A DNA stretch of 64,000 bases from Malacoraja senta (taxonomy: Eukaryota). The stretch spans positions 1 through 64,000 of the forward strand of contig JAXLNO010000575.1 in the NCBI GenBank assembly GCA_038087875.1, written 5' to 3'. Position numbers and translations under genes: made by a program. This document shows positions 51,100-62,865 of this stretch, piece by piece (within the stretch, counting starts at the first letter, position 1; each line of letters opens with the position of its first letter). The notes under the pieces were generated by a model. It was not told the origin of the DNA. It did not search any database and worked only from the letters and a program-made list of their open reading frames with translations.

Positions 51100-54000
51100 A
51101 AACATAGAAACACAGAAAACAGGTGCAAGAGGAGGCCATTCAGCCCTTCGAGCCAGCACCACCATTCATTGTGATCATGGCTGATCGTCCCCTATCAATA
51201 ACCCGTGCCTGCCTTCTCCCCATATCCCTTGACTTCACTAGCCCCTAGAGCTCTATCTAACTCTTTCTTAAATCCATCCAGTGATTTGGCCTCCACTGCC
51301 CTCTGTGGCAGGGAATTCCATAAATTCACAACTCTCTGGGTGAAAAAGTTTTTTCTCACCTCAGTCTTAAATGACCTCCCCTTTATTCTAAGACTGTGGC
51401 CCCTGGTTCTGGACTCGCCCAACATTGCGAACATTTTTCCTGCATCTATCTTGTCCAGTCCTTTTATAATTTAATATGTTTCTATAAGAAACCCCCTCAT
51501 CCTTCTAAACTCCAGTGAATACAAGCCTAGTCTTTTCAATCTTTCCTCATATGACAGTCCCGCCATCCCAGGGATCAATCTCGTGAACCTACGCTGCACT
51601 GCCTCAATGACAAGGATGTCCTTCCTCAAATTAGGAGACCAAAACTGTACACAATACTCCAGATGTGGTCTCACCAGAGCCCTGTACAACTGCAGAAGAA
51701 CCTCTCTACTCCTATACTGAAATCCTCTTGTTATGAAGGCCAACATTCCATTAGCTTTCTTATCTGCCTGCTGTACCTGCACGCCAACTTTCAGTGACCG
51801 ATGTACAACGACACCCAGGACTCGCTGTACCTCCCCCTTACCTAACCTAACCACATTGAGATAATAATCTGCCCCCTTGTTTTTGCCGCCAAAGTGGATA
51901 ACCTCACATTTACCTACATTATACTGCATCTGCCATGCATCTTCCCACTCACTCAATCTGTCCAGGTCACCCTGCAGCCTCCTAACATCCTCTTCACAGT
52001 TCACACTGCCACCCAGCTTTGTATCATCCGCAAACTTGCTAGTGTTGCTCCTAATTCCCTCTTCCAAATCATTAATATATATGGTAAACAGTTGCGGCCC
52101 CAACACCGAGCCTTGCGGCACTCCACTCGCCACTGCCTGCCATTCTGAAAAGGACCCATTTACTCCTACTCTTTGCTTCCGGTCTGCCAACCAATTTTCT
52201 ATCCATGTCAACACCCTACCCCCAATACCATGTGCTCTAATTTTAGTCACCAGTCTCCCATGCGGGACCTTATCAAAGGCTTTCTGAAAGTCTAGATACA
52301 CTACATCCACTGGCACCCCTTCATCCATTTTACTTGTCACATCCTCAAAAAATTCCAGAAGATTAGTCAAGCATGATTTCCCTTTCATAAATCCATGTTG
52401 ACTTGGACTAATCCTTTTACCGCTATCCAAATGCTCCATTATTAACTTTAATAATTGACTCCAGCATCTTTCCCACCACCGAAGTCAGGCTAACTGGTCT
52501 GTAATTCCCCGTTTTCTCTCTCGCTCCTTTCTTGAAAAGTGGGATAACATTAGCTATCCTCCAATCCACAGGAACTGATCCTGAATCTATTGAACATTGG
52601 AAAATGATCACCAATGCGTCCACTATTTCTAGAGCCACCTCCCTGAGGACCCTGGGATGCAGACCATCAGGTCCAGGGGATTTATCATCCTTCAGTCCCA
52701 TTAGCCGACCCAATACTATTTCTCGCCTAATGAAAATTTCTTTCAGTTCCTCTACCCCCTTAGATCCTCTGTCCTCCAGTACATCTGGGAGATTGTTTGT
52801 GTCTTCCTTAGTGAAGACAGATCCGAAGTACCTTTTCAACTCCTCTGCCATTTCCTTGTTACCCATAATAATTTCACCCGTGTCTGCCTTCAAGGGACCC
52901 ACATTGACTTTGTTACTCTTTTTCCCTTAACATATCTAAAGAAGCTTTTACTGTCCTTCTTTATATTCCTGGACAGCTTCCCTTCATACTTCATCTTTTC
53001 AGCCCGTATTGCCCGTTTTGTTTCCTTCTGTTGTCCTATGAAAGTTTCCCAATCCTCTGGCTTCCGGCTACTCTTTGCTGTGTTATTCATCTTTTCTTTT
53101 AGTTTCATTCTATCCCTAACTTCTCTTGTCAGCCACGGGTGCCTCCTACTCCCCTTAGAATCTTTCTTCCTTTTTGGAATGAAATGATCCTGCGTCTTCC
53201 GGATTATGCCCAGAAATTCCTGCCATTGCTGTTCCACCGTCATTCCCGCTAGGATCCCTTTCCAGTCTACTTTGGCCAGCTCCCCTCTCATGCCTTCATA
53301 GTCCCCTATGTTCAACTGCATCACTGCCACTTCCGATTTAACGTTCTCCTTCTCAAATTGCAGGTTAAAACAAATCATATTTTGATCACTACCTCCAAGC
53401 GGTTCCTTTACCTCGAGTTCTCTTATCATATCTGGTTCATTGGACAACACTAAATCCAGAATTGCCTTTTCTCTGGTCGGCTCCATTACAAGCTGCTCTA
53501 AGAATCCATCTCGGAGGCATTCTACAAATTCTCTTTCTTGGGGTCCTGAACCAACCTGATTTTCCCAGTCTACCTGCATATTGAAATCTCCCATCACCAC
53601 AGTGGCATTACCTTTGTTACATGCCAGTTTTAACTCCTGCTGCAACTTACACCCTACATCCCGGCTACTATTTGGGGGTCTGTAAATAACACCATTTAGT
53701 GTCTTCTTGCCTTTACAATTCCTCAACTCAATCCACAGTGACTCTACCTTGTCAGTCCCTATGTCTTCCCTCGCAAGGGACTGAATTCCATCCCTCACCA
53801 GCAGAACTACCCCCCCTCCTCTGCCCACCTGCCTGTCCTTTCTATAGGATGTATAACCCTGAATATTAAGTTCCCAGGCCCGATCCTCCTGCAGCCACGT
53901 CTCAGTAATCCCCACAATGTCATATCTACCAACCTGTAACTGAGCCTCAAGCTCATCTACTTTACTCTTTATACTTCGCGCATTCATATACGATACTTTT

Positions 54001-54745
54001 TATTCCTTACGCATCTCAACTTTCACATCGATCCCTATTACACTTGGCCATACTCTCCTATCCATTTGTGAGCTTCCTTTCCCGATAATTCTGGGGTCAT
54101 TAACCATCCCTTTACTCCCTTTCCCTTTAACTCCATCCTCGACTATCCCATTTGACACCACCCCCCCTTATTCAGTTTAAAACCACCCGTGTAGCAGTGG
54201 CAAACCTGTCTGCCAGAATGCTGGTCCCCCACCTGTTAAGATGCAATCCGTCCCTTTTGTACAGTTCCCCCTTACTCCAAAACAGATCCCAGTGATCAAA
54301 GAATTTAAATCCCTGCCCCTTGCACCAATTCCTCAGTGACACATTCAGGTCCCGTATCTCCCTGTTCCTGCTCTCGCCTGCACGAGGAACTGGAAGCAAA
54401 CCGGCGATAACAACCCTGGAGGTCCTGCTTTTCAGCATTTTTCTGAGCTCTCTAAAGTCACACTGTAGAATATCCATCCCCTTCTATCCGACATTGTTTG
54501 TGCCGACATGCACTACCACTTCCGGCTGTTCACCTTCGCCCTTGAAGATTTTCTGCACTCTGTCCATGACATCCTGGATCCTGGCACCAGGAAGGCAGCA
54601 CACCATCCTCGAATGCCGTCTGTTCCTGCAGAAACTCGTGTCCGTACCTCTCACAATGGAGTCTCCAACTACAATGGCGTTGCCTGACGTTGGCTTCTTT
54701 GGTTTTGGCTCAACAGCCCTTTTTGCTTGTCCGCCGTTCAGTGTG
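51100..54745 (-). mobile_element. Near-complete CR1 LINE (SGNH esterase ORF1, APE-RT ORF2)
   Basis: ORF1: VVGDSIVRG, CLPGARI, VHVGTNN, DGLHLN. ORF2: NARSI, GITETWL, YRPPN, MGDFN, SPGPDGLHPRVL, KFADD. A few frameshifts; 3' tail ends about 40 nt from the receptor acceptor. Confidence 0.94.
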
Positions 54746-55810
54746 ATAACCACTGACTCCCATGGCTATCTGGACCACACGTCTTCCCACCCTGCTTCCT
54801 GTAAGGACTCTATCCCCCTACTCCCAATTCCTCTGTCTATGACGCATCAGCACCCAGGATGAGGTGTTCCAAAACCCTGGCATCGGAGATGTCCTCATTC
54901 TTTAGGGAACGGGGGTTCCCCTCTTCAACTATAGATGAGGTTCTCACCAGGGTCTCCTCTATATCCCGTAGCTCCACACTCACTCCCCATCCCCCCACAA
55001 GGGCAGAGTCCCCCTTGTCCTCACCTTCCACCCCACCAGCCGTCACAAACAACAGATTATCCTCCGGCATTTTCGCCACCTCCAACGGGATCCCACCACT
55101 GGCAACATCTTCCCATCTCCTTCCCTTTCGGCTTTCTGCAGAGACCGCTCCCTCCGTAACTCCCTGGTCGATTCGTCCCTTCCCACCCAAACCACCCCCT
55201 CCCCTGGTACTTTCCCTTGCAACCGCAGGAAATGCTACACTTGTCGCTTTACCTCCCTCCTTGACTCCATCCAAGGACCCAAGCAGTCTTTCCAGGTGAG
55301 GCAGAGGTTCACCTGCACCTCCTCCAACCTCATCTATTGCATCTGCTGTTCCAAGTGTCAACTGCTCTACATCGGTGAGACCAAGCGTAGGCTTGGCGAT
55401 CGCTTCCCCCTACACCTCATCTCGGTTCGCAATAACCAACCTGATCTCCCGGTGGCTCAGTACTTCAACTCCCCCTCCCATTCCGAATCTGACCTTTCTG
55501 TCCTGGGCCTCCTTCATGGCCAGAGTGAGTCCCACTTCAAATTGGAGGAGCAGCACCTCATATTTTGCTTGGGTAGTTTATACCCCAGCGGTATGAACAT
55601 TGACCTCCAATTTCAGGTAGTCCCTGCTTTCTCCCTCTGTCCCCTCCCTTTCCCAGCTCTCCCACAGCCCACTCTCCGCCTCTTCCTTTCTTCTTCCCAT
55701 CCCCCCCTACCCCCACATCAGTCTGAAGAAGGGTCTCGACCCGAAACGTCGCCTATTTCCTTCGCTCCATAGATGCTGCCTCACCCGCTGAGTGACTCCT
55801 GCATTTTTGT
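54746..55810 (+). mobile_element. Penelope-like element 3' part: RT thumb end, GIY-YIG, UTR
   Basis: YLDHTSSHPASCKDSIP, FFRERGFPSS, NLIYCICCSKCQLLYIGETKRRLGDRF, PSGMN; then UTR and hammerhead motif. Confidence 0.92.
55723..55750 (+). ncRNA. Minimal type I hammerhead-ribozyme-like motif with intact core
   Basis: CTGAAGA-A-GGGTC-TC-GACCC-GAAAC-GTC about 100 nt after the GIY-YIG coding end. Stem I gives only about 2 bp. Confidence 0.7.
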
Positions 55811-55891
55811 CATGAGATGTTGAGATTACTCTGTCTCTGGCGTTGTAAAGCAGTAGCTCTACCCGCTGCGCCACCGTGCTGCCCACGAGCC

Positions 55892-55941
55892 GGGCAGTGG
55901 ACGCTGTGTCTGGCTGGGTGTTTGGTGATGTCATGTGTAAG
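55892..55941 (+). pseudogene. Inverted 50-nt relic of a CXCR1/2-like gene (ECL1/TM3 start)
   Basis: gggcagtggacgctgtgtctggctgggtgtttggtgatgtcatgtgtaag encodes [16 protein letters not shown] and differs from copy B at 2 positions. Confidence 0.85.
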
Positions 55942-56742
55942 AAGGAACTGCAGATGCTGGTTTACACCAAAGATAGACACAAAATGCTGGAGTAATGGAC
56001 AGGACAGGTTTGGAGAGATATGGACCAAACGCAGGCAGGTGGGGCTAGTGTAGCTGGGCAATGTTGGCTGGTGTGGGCAAGTTGGGCCGAAGGGCCTGTT
56101 TCCATGCTGTATCACTCTGTGACTCTATGACTCAGCATCACTCCCCCACCCTAGTTCTCCCACTAGTTCCGCTGTCCTCCTGATTAAATATTACTGATTG
56201 TAAGCCTCGTTGTCAACTTCCCCTTCTACATCTCCTTGATCACAGTCCCCTTTGATCTGTATTTTCACACCTTACCCTTCCATATCTCTATCCCTCTCCC
56301 CTGACTTTCAGTCTGAAGAAGGGTCTCAACCTGAAACGCCACCCATTCCTTCTCTCCAGAGATGTTGCCTGTCCCGCTGAGTTACTCCACCATTTTGTGT
56401 CCTTCAGCAAATGAAATGTGAGTTATTTGGGACTTTAAACCATTATTTCATTAGGCTTTAAACTATACATTTTAGAGATACAGCATGGAAACAGGCCGTT
56501 CAGCCCGTCCTGACCGGTGATCACCCCATAAACTAGCACTATCCTACACACTAGGGACAATTTTACAACTGACCAGAAACATGATCAGTCTGAAGAAGGG
56601 TCTCGATCCGAAACGTCCCTATTACTTCGCTCCATGGATGCTGCCTCACCCGCTGAATTTCGACAGCATTTTTGTCTACCTTCAATTCTTCCAGCATCTG
56701 CAGTTCTTTCTTAAACAGAGCCATTCATTTCATAAGTTCATA

Positions 56743-57711
56743 AACATAGAAACATAGAAACATAGAAAATAGGTGCAGGAGTAGGCCATTCGGCCCTTCG
56801 AGCCTGCACCGCCATTCAATATGATCATGGCTGATCATCCAACTCAGTATCCTGTACCTGCCTTCTCTCCATACCCCCTGATCCCTTTAGCCACAAGGGC
56901 CACATCTAACTCCCTCTTAAATATAGCCAATGAACTGGCCTCAACTACCTTCTGTGGCAGAGAATTCCACAGATTCACCACTCTGTGTGAAAAATGATTT
57001 TCTCATCTCGTTCCTAAAAGACTTCCCCCTTATCCTTAAACTGTGACCCCTTGTTCTGGACTTCCCCAACATCTGGAACAATCTTCCTGCATCTAGCCTG
57101 TCCAACCCCTTAAGAATCTTGTAAGTTTCTATAAGATCCCCCCTCAATCTTCTAAATTCTAGCGAGTACAAGCCGAGTCTACCCTGTCTTTCTTCATATG
57201 AAAGTCCTGCCATCCCAGGAATCAGTCTGGTGAACCTTCTCTGTACTCCCTCTATGGCAAGAATGTCTTTCCTCAGATTTGGTGACCAAAACTGTATGCA
57301 ATACTCCTGGTGTGGCCTCACCAAGACCATGTACAACTGCAGTAGAACCTCCCTGCTCTTATACTCAAATACTTTTGCTATGAATGCTAGCATACCATTC
57401 GCTTTCTTCACTGCCTACTGCACCTGCATGCCTACTTTCAATGACTGGTGTACCATGACACCCAGATCTCGTTGCATCTCCCCTTTTCCTAATCGGCCAC
57501 CATTCAGATAAGTCTACTTTCCTGTTTTCGCCACCAAAGTGGATAACCTCACATTTATCCACATTATACTGCATCTGCCATGCATTTGCCCACTCACCCA
57601 ACCTATCCAAGTCACCTTGCAGCCTCATAGCATCCTTCTCACAGCTAACACTGCCTCCCAGCTTCGTGTCATCCGCAAACTTGGAGATGTTGCATTCTAT
57701 TCCCTCATCCA
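56743..57711 (-). mobile_element. CR1 3' fragment
   Basis: ORFs 56941-57411 and 57365-57628; (tttctatg)n tail. Confidence 0.9.
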
Positions 57712-57756
57712 GTTCAATAATATATAATATTAATATTAATATATAATATAATATAA

Positions 57757-59627
57757 CTGTCAGGGAACATAAAAACTGACTGCAAAAGTTGTTATAGATA
57801 TGTGAAGAGAAAAAGATTAGTTAAAACAAATGTAGGTCCCTTGCAATCAGAAACAGGTGAATTGATCATGGGGAACAAGGACATGGCAGACCAATTGAAT
57901 AATTACTTTGGTTCTGTCTTCACTAAGGAAGACATAAAGAATCTGCCGGAAATAGCAGGGGACCGGGGGTCAAATGAGATGGAGGAACTGAGTGAAATCC
58001 AGGTTAGCCGCGAAGTGGTGTTAGGTAAATTGAATGGATTAAAGGCCGATAAATCCCCAGGGCCAGATAGGCTGCATCCCAGAGTACTTAAGGAAGTAGC
58101 CCCAGAAAAAGTGGATGCATTAGTGATAATTTTTCAAAACTCTTTAGATTCTGGAGTAGTTCCTGAGGATTGGAGGGTAGCTAATATAACCCCACTTTTT
58201 AAAAAGGGAGGGAGAGAGAAAACAGGGAATTACTGAACAGTTAGTCTAACATCGGTAGTGATGAAACTGCTAGCGTCAGTTATTAAAGATGGGATAGCAG
58301 CACATTTGGAAAGTGGTGAAATCATTGGACAAAGTCAGCATGGATTTATGAAAGGTAAATCATCTGACGAATCTTATAGAATTTTTCAAGGATGCAACTA
58401 GTAGAGTGTATAAGGGAGAACCAGTGGATGTGTTATATCTGGACTTTCAGAAGGCTTTCGACAAGGTCCCACATAAGAGATTAGTATGCAAACTTAAAGC
58501 ACACGGTATTAGGGGTTCAGTATTGATGTGGATAGAGAACTGGCTGGTAGACAAGAAGCAAAGAGTTGGAGTAAACGGGTCCTTTTCAGAATGGAAGGCT
58601 GTGACTAGTGGGGTACCGCAAGGCTCAGTGCTGGGAGCCCAGCTATTTACAATATATATTAATGATTTGGACGAGGGATTGAATGCAACATCTCCAAGTT
58701 TGCGGATGACACAAAGCTGGGGGGCAGTGTTAGCTGTGAGGAGGATGCTAGGAGGCTGCAAGGTGACTTGGATAGGCTGGGTGAGTGGGCAAATGCATGG
58801 CAGATGCAGTATAATGTGGATAAATGTGAGGTTATCCACTTTGGTGGCAAAAACAGGAAAGTAGACTATTATCTGAATGGTGGCCAATTAGGAGAAGGGG
58901 AGATGCAACGAGACCTGGGTGTCATGGTGCACCAGTCATTGAAAGTAGGCATGCAGGTGCAGCAGGCAGTGAAGAAAGCGAATGGTATGTTAGCATTCAT
59001 AGCAAAAGGATTTGAGTATGGTAGCAGGGAGGTTCTACTGCAGTTGTACAGCGTCTTGGTGAGACTACACCTGGAGTATTGCGTACAGTTTTGTCTCCTA
59101 ATCTGAGGAAAGACATTCTTGCCATAGAGGGAGTACAGAGAAGGTTCACCAGACTGATTCCTGGGATGTCAGGACTTTCATATGAAGAAAGATTGGATAG
59201 ACTTGGCTTGTACTCGCTAGAATTTAGAAGATTGAGGGGGATCTTATAGAAACTTACACAATTCTTAAGGGGTTGGACAGGCTAGATGAAGGAAGATTGT
59301 TCCCGATGTTGGGGAAGTCCAGAACAAGGGGTCACAGTTTAAGGATAAGGGGGAAATCTTTTTGGACCGAGATGAGAAAATCATTTTTCACACAGAGAGT
59401 GGTGAATCTGTGGAATTCTCTGCCACAGAAGGTAGTTGAGGCCAGTTCATTGGCTATATTTAAGAGGGAGTTAGATGTGGCCATTGTGGCTAAAGGTATC
59501 AGGGGGTATGGAGAGAAGGCAGGTACAGGATACTGAGTTGGATGATCCGCCATGATCATATTGAATGGCGGTGCAGGTTCGAAGGGCCGAATGGCCTACT
59601 CCTGCACCTATTTTCTATGTTTCTATG
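57757..59627 (+). mobile_element. CR1 5'-truncated copy
   Basis: [35 protein letters not shown]; 3' UTR and (tttctatg)n tail. Confidence 0.9.
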
Positions 59628-59975
59628 TCTGTGTTTCTAATATATATTATAAATTCTAGGATTAGGCTTTTAGGCCCATCAAGTCTACTCCGCCATTCAA
59701 TCATGGCTGTTCAATCTTTCCCTCCTCACCCCATGCTCCTGCCTTCTCCACAAAACCCCTGACACCCATACTAATCAAGAATCTATCAAACTCCAAATTT
59801 AAAAAATATCCATTGACTTGGCCTCCACAGCAGTCTGTGGCAATGAATTTCACAGATTCACCACCCTCTGTATGAAATCATGAGAGGAATAGATCGGGTT
59901 GATGCACAGAGTCTCTTGCCCAGAGTAGGTGAATCGAGGACCAGTGGACATAGGTTTAAGGTGATGTGGAGATAT

Positions 59976-60403
59976 TGTCAGTGGGCAGGTGCTATAGACC
60001 TGCACGGGAAGGTAGACGCTCCTGCCCCCACGACTCACGGGCAGATGGGGCTCGTCGGCCTGGGAAGGCAGTCCATCTAGGAGAGGGAAAACTCTGATTT
60101 AATACCTCCACTGCCTTGTGGCCATATCCAGTCATGGAAAAGACTCCAGGTGTAAACCTCAAGAAAATCCAGAGTCGGAGCCCCTAAGGCAGTTTGTCGT
60201 TGTCTACAACCTCGCTCTGGCAGCTCCTGCGACGGCGCTGGTGCCAAACTGTAACGGCCTTGCTGTTCCTTTGGATCGATCAGCGACGTGGAGAGGGGGG
60301 ACGTGCTGCATGGGCAACAGCCTGTCCTCCATATGACATCGCCCAGGGTTGTATCCGACCAGGATGCATCACCCATGGTCAGTCATGACCGAGAGGGGCC
60401 TAC
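59976..60403 (+). mobile_element. 428-bp non-coding insertion with 8-bp TSD, RTE-5'UTR-like
   Basis: ggagatat at 59968-59975 and 60404-60411. Contains ggcagtccatctaggagagggaaaactctgattt, which I recall from RTE-clade leaders (unverified). Confidence 0.55.
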
Positions 60404-60816
60404 GGAGATATGGACCAAACGCAGGCAGGTGGGGCTGGTGCAGCTGGACAATGTTGGCCGGTATGGGCAAGTTGGGCCGAAGGGCCTGTTTTCCATGATG
60501 TATCACTCTATGACTCTATGACCCTGACTAAAGAAGTTCCTCCTCATCTCCTTTTTGCTTCGGCCTCCGGTTCCAGTCTCCCCCACTGGTGGAACCTGTT
60601 GCTATGACATGAACTTGCATGCAATGCGCATCAGATCGGTACAAACTACCCTGCAGAATTAATCTGTGACCAGCTCTCTTCCAACGTGACGAATACTCTA
60701 TTGAACTTCTACACGTGTACAGTAGGAAGCAGACTGACGGGTTGCATCATGGCCTGGTTCAGCAACTCAAACGCCCAGGAATGAAGGAGACTACAGTGAG
60801 TGGTGGACACTGCCCG

Positions 60817-61359
60817 GTCCATCACAGTACTGACCTCCCCACCATCGAATGTCCATCACAGTACTGACCTCCCCACCATCGAATGTCCATCACAGTACTG
60901 ACCTCCCCACCATCGAATGTCCATCACAGTACTGACCTCCCCACCATCGAAGGTCCATCACAGTACTGACCTCCCCACCATCGAAGGTCCATCACAGTAC
61001 TGACCTCCCCACCATCGAAGGTCCATCACAGTACTGACCTCCCCACCATCGAAGGTCCATCACAGTACTGACCTCCCCACCATCGAAGGTCCATCATAGT
61101 ACTGACCTCCCCACCATCGAAGGTCCATCACAGTACTGACCTCCCCACCATCGAAGGTCCATCACAGTACTGACCTCCCCACCATCGAAGGTCCATCACA
61201 GTACTGACCTCCCCACCTTCAAAGGTCCATCATAGTACTGACCTCCCGACCATCGAAGGTCCATCACAGTACTGACCTCCCCACCATCGAAGGTCCATCA
61301 CAGTACTGACCTCCCCACCATCGAATGTCCATCACAGTACTGACCTCCCCACCATCGAA
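60817..61359. repeat. Minisatellite, 34-bp unit x16, inside a Rex/Babar 3' fragment (about 60685-61620)
   Basis: gtccatcacagtactgacctccccaccatcgaa(g/t) repeated; flanks encode VVDTARSI and IYRRRCLKKAASII. Confidence 0.95.
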
Positions 61360-61862
61360 CGGATCTACAGGAGGCGCTGCCTCAAAAAGGCAGCCAGCAT
61401 CATCTGAGACCCACACCACTCTGGCCACGCTCTCATCTCGCTGCGACCATCGGGAAGAAGGTACAGGAGCCTGAAAACCGTGACCTCCAGGTTCAAGAAC
61501 AGCTTCTTCCCAACAACCATCAGTCTGTTGAACACTGCACATCACTAACCTCAGCGACTGTGATCTTTATGGACCTTGTCTTTGGCTGCATTACAGACTT
61601 TGGTTTTACACTATAATGTTTATCTAGTATTACATAGAACAACACTGACTGTTAACCCGTTTGTTGACTTATTTGGAACTTGTAGAAACCAATGATACAA
61701 TTACTCACACATCAACAGTAACCATTGACAAGTAATTAAACTGTTAATAAAGCTGCAAGATGCAACAAAGTCAAGTCACAAGAAACTGCAGATGCTGGTA
61801 TGCTGATAAAACACTAAGTGCTGGAGGAACTCAGTGAGGCAGGCAGCACCTGGAGAGGAACC

Positions 61863-62051
61863 AAACCGTCACCTATCCATGTTCTCCACAGATACTGCCT
61901 GACCCGCTGAGTTACTCCAGCACTCTGTGAAACGTCACCTATCCATGTTCTCCACAGATGCTGCCTGACCCGCTGAGTTACTCCAGCACTCTGTGAAACG
62001 TCACCTATCCATGTTCTCCACAGATGCTGCCTGACCCGCTGAGTTACTCCA
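61863..62051 (+). repeat. 66-bp tandem repeat (about 3 units), same unit as 46164-46449 in opposite orientation
   Basis: gtgaaacgtcacctatccatgttctccacagatgctgcctgacccgctgagttactccagcactct repeated. Confidence 0.88.
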
Positions 62052-62865
62052 CAACTTTCTGTCTACTTTTTCTACAAGCACCTTAATTCCTTGTATCAAC
62101 ATCTGTGGTTGGAATGGACAGACGATGTTTCGGGTCGGGACCCTTCTTCAGATGTTAGTTAGTTAGTTAGTTTATTGTAACGTGCACTGAGGTACTGTGA
62201 AAAACGTTTTTGTTGCGTGCTATCCAGTCAGTGGAAAGACTACACATGATTACAATTAAGAGACTAATGTTTAGTCCAGTAAAGTCCAATTAAAGATAGC
62301 CTGAGGGTCTCCAATGAGGTAGATGGGAGGTCAGGACCGCTCTCTAGTTGGTGAGAGGACGGTTCAGTTGCCTGATAACAGCTGGAAAGAAACTGTCCCT
62401 GAATCCGGAGGTGTGCGTTTTCACACTTTTGTACCTCTTGCCCAATGGGAGAGGGGAGAAGAGGGAGTGACCGGGGTGAGACTGGTCCTTGATTATGCTG
62501 CTGGCCTTGCCGAGGCAGCGTGAGGTGTAGATGGAGGCGATAGAAGGGAGGTTGGTTTGTGTGATGGTCTGGGCTGCGTCCACAATTCTCTGCAATTTCT
62601 CGCGGTCTTGGATGGAGCTGTTCCCAAACCGTGCTGTGATGTACCCCGATGTGACAGAGTTTAACGTAAACGCGAGTGAATAAAAGACTTTACCTGCCAG
62701 TTGAAAGGACGCGATCGTCTCTACAAGACACCAAGCCTCAGGAAGACAAAACCAACAGCGTTCAACGAGAAAAATTCATTGCATTTTGGAGAGAGGGGAG
62801 AGGTGGAGGGTGAGTCTTCAAGTGAGAGAAAGCAGAAGTGGTTCAACAAATGATGCTGCCTTTAT

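Noticed and set aside
60612..60645. LAC...DRY-like codons as a fourth receptor relic
   Set aside because: Spacing is out of frame and flanks show no nucleotide similarity to the receptor copies; likely chance.
60817..61359. CRISPR-like appearance of the 34-bp repeats
   Set aside because: Units are contiguous with no unique spacers, derive from a LINE ORF, and there are no cas genes; the context is vertebrate.
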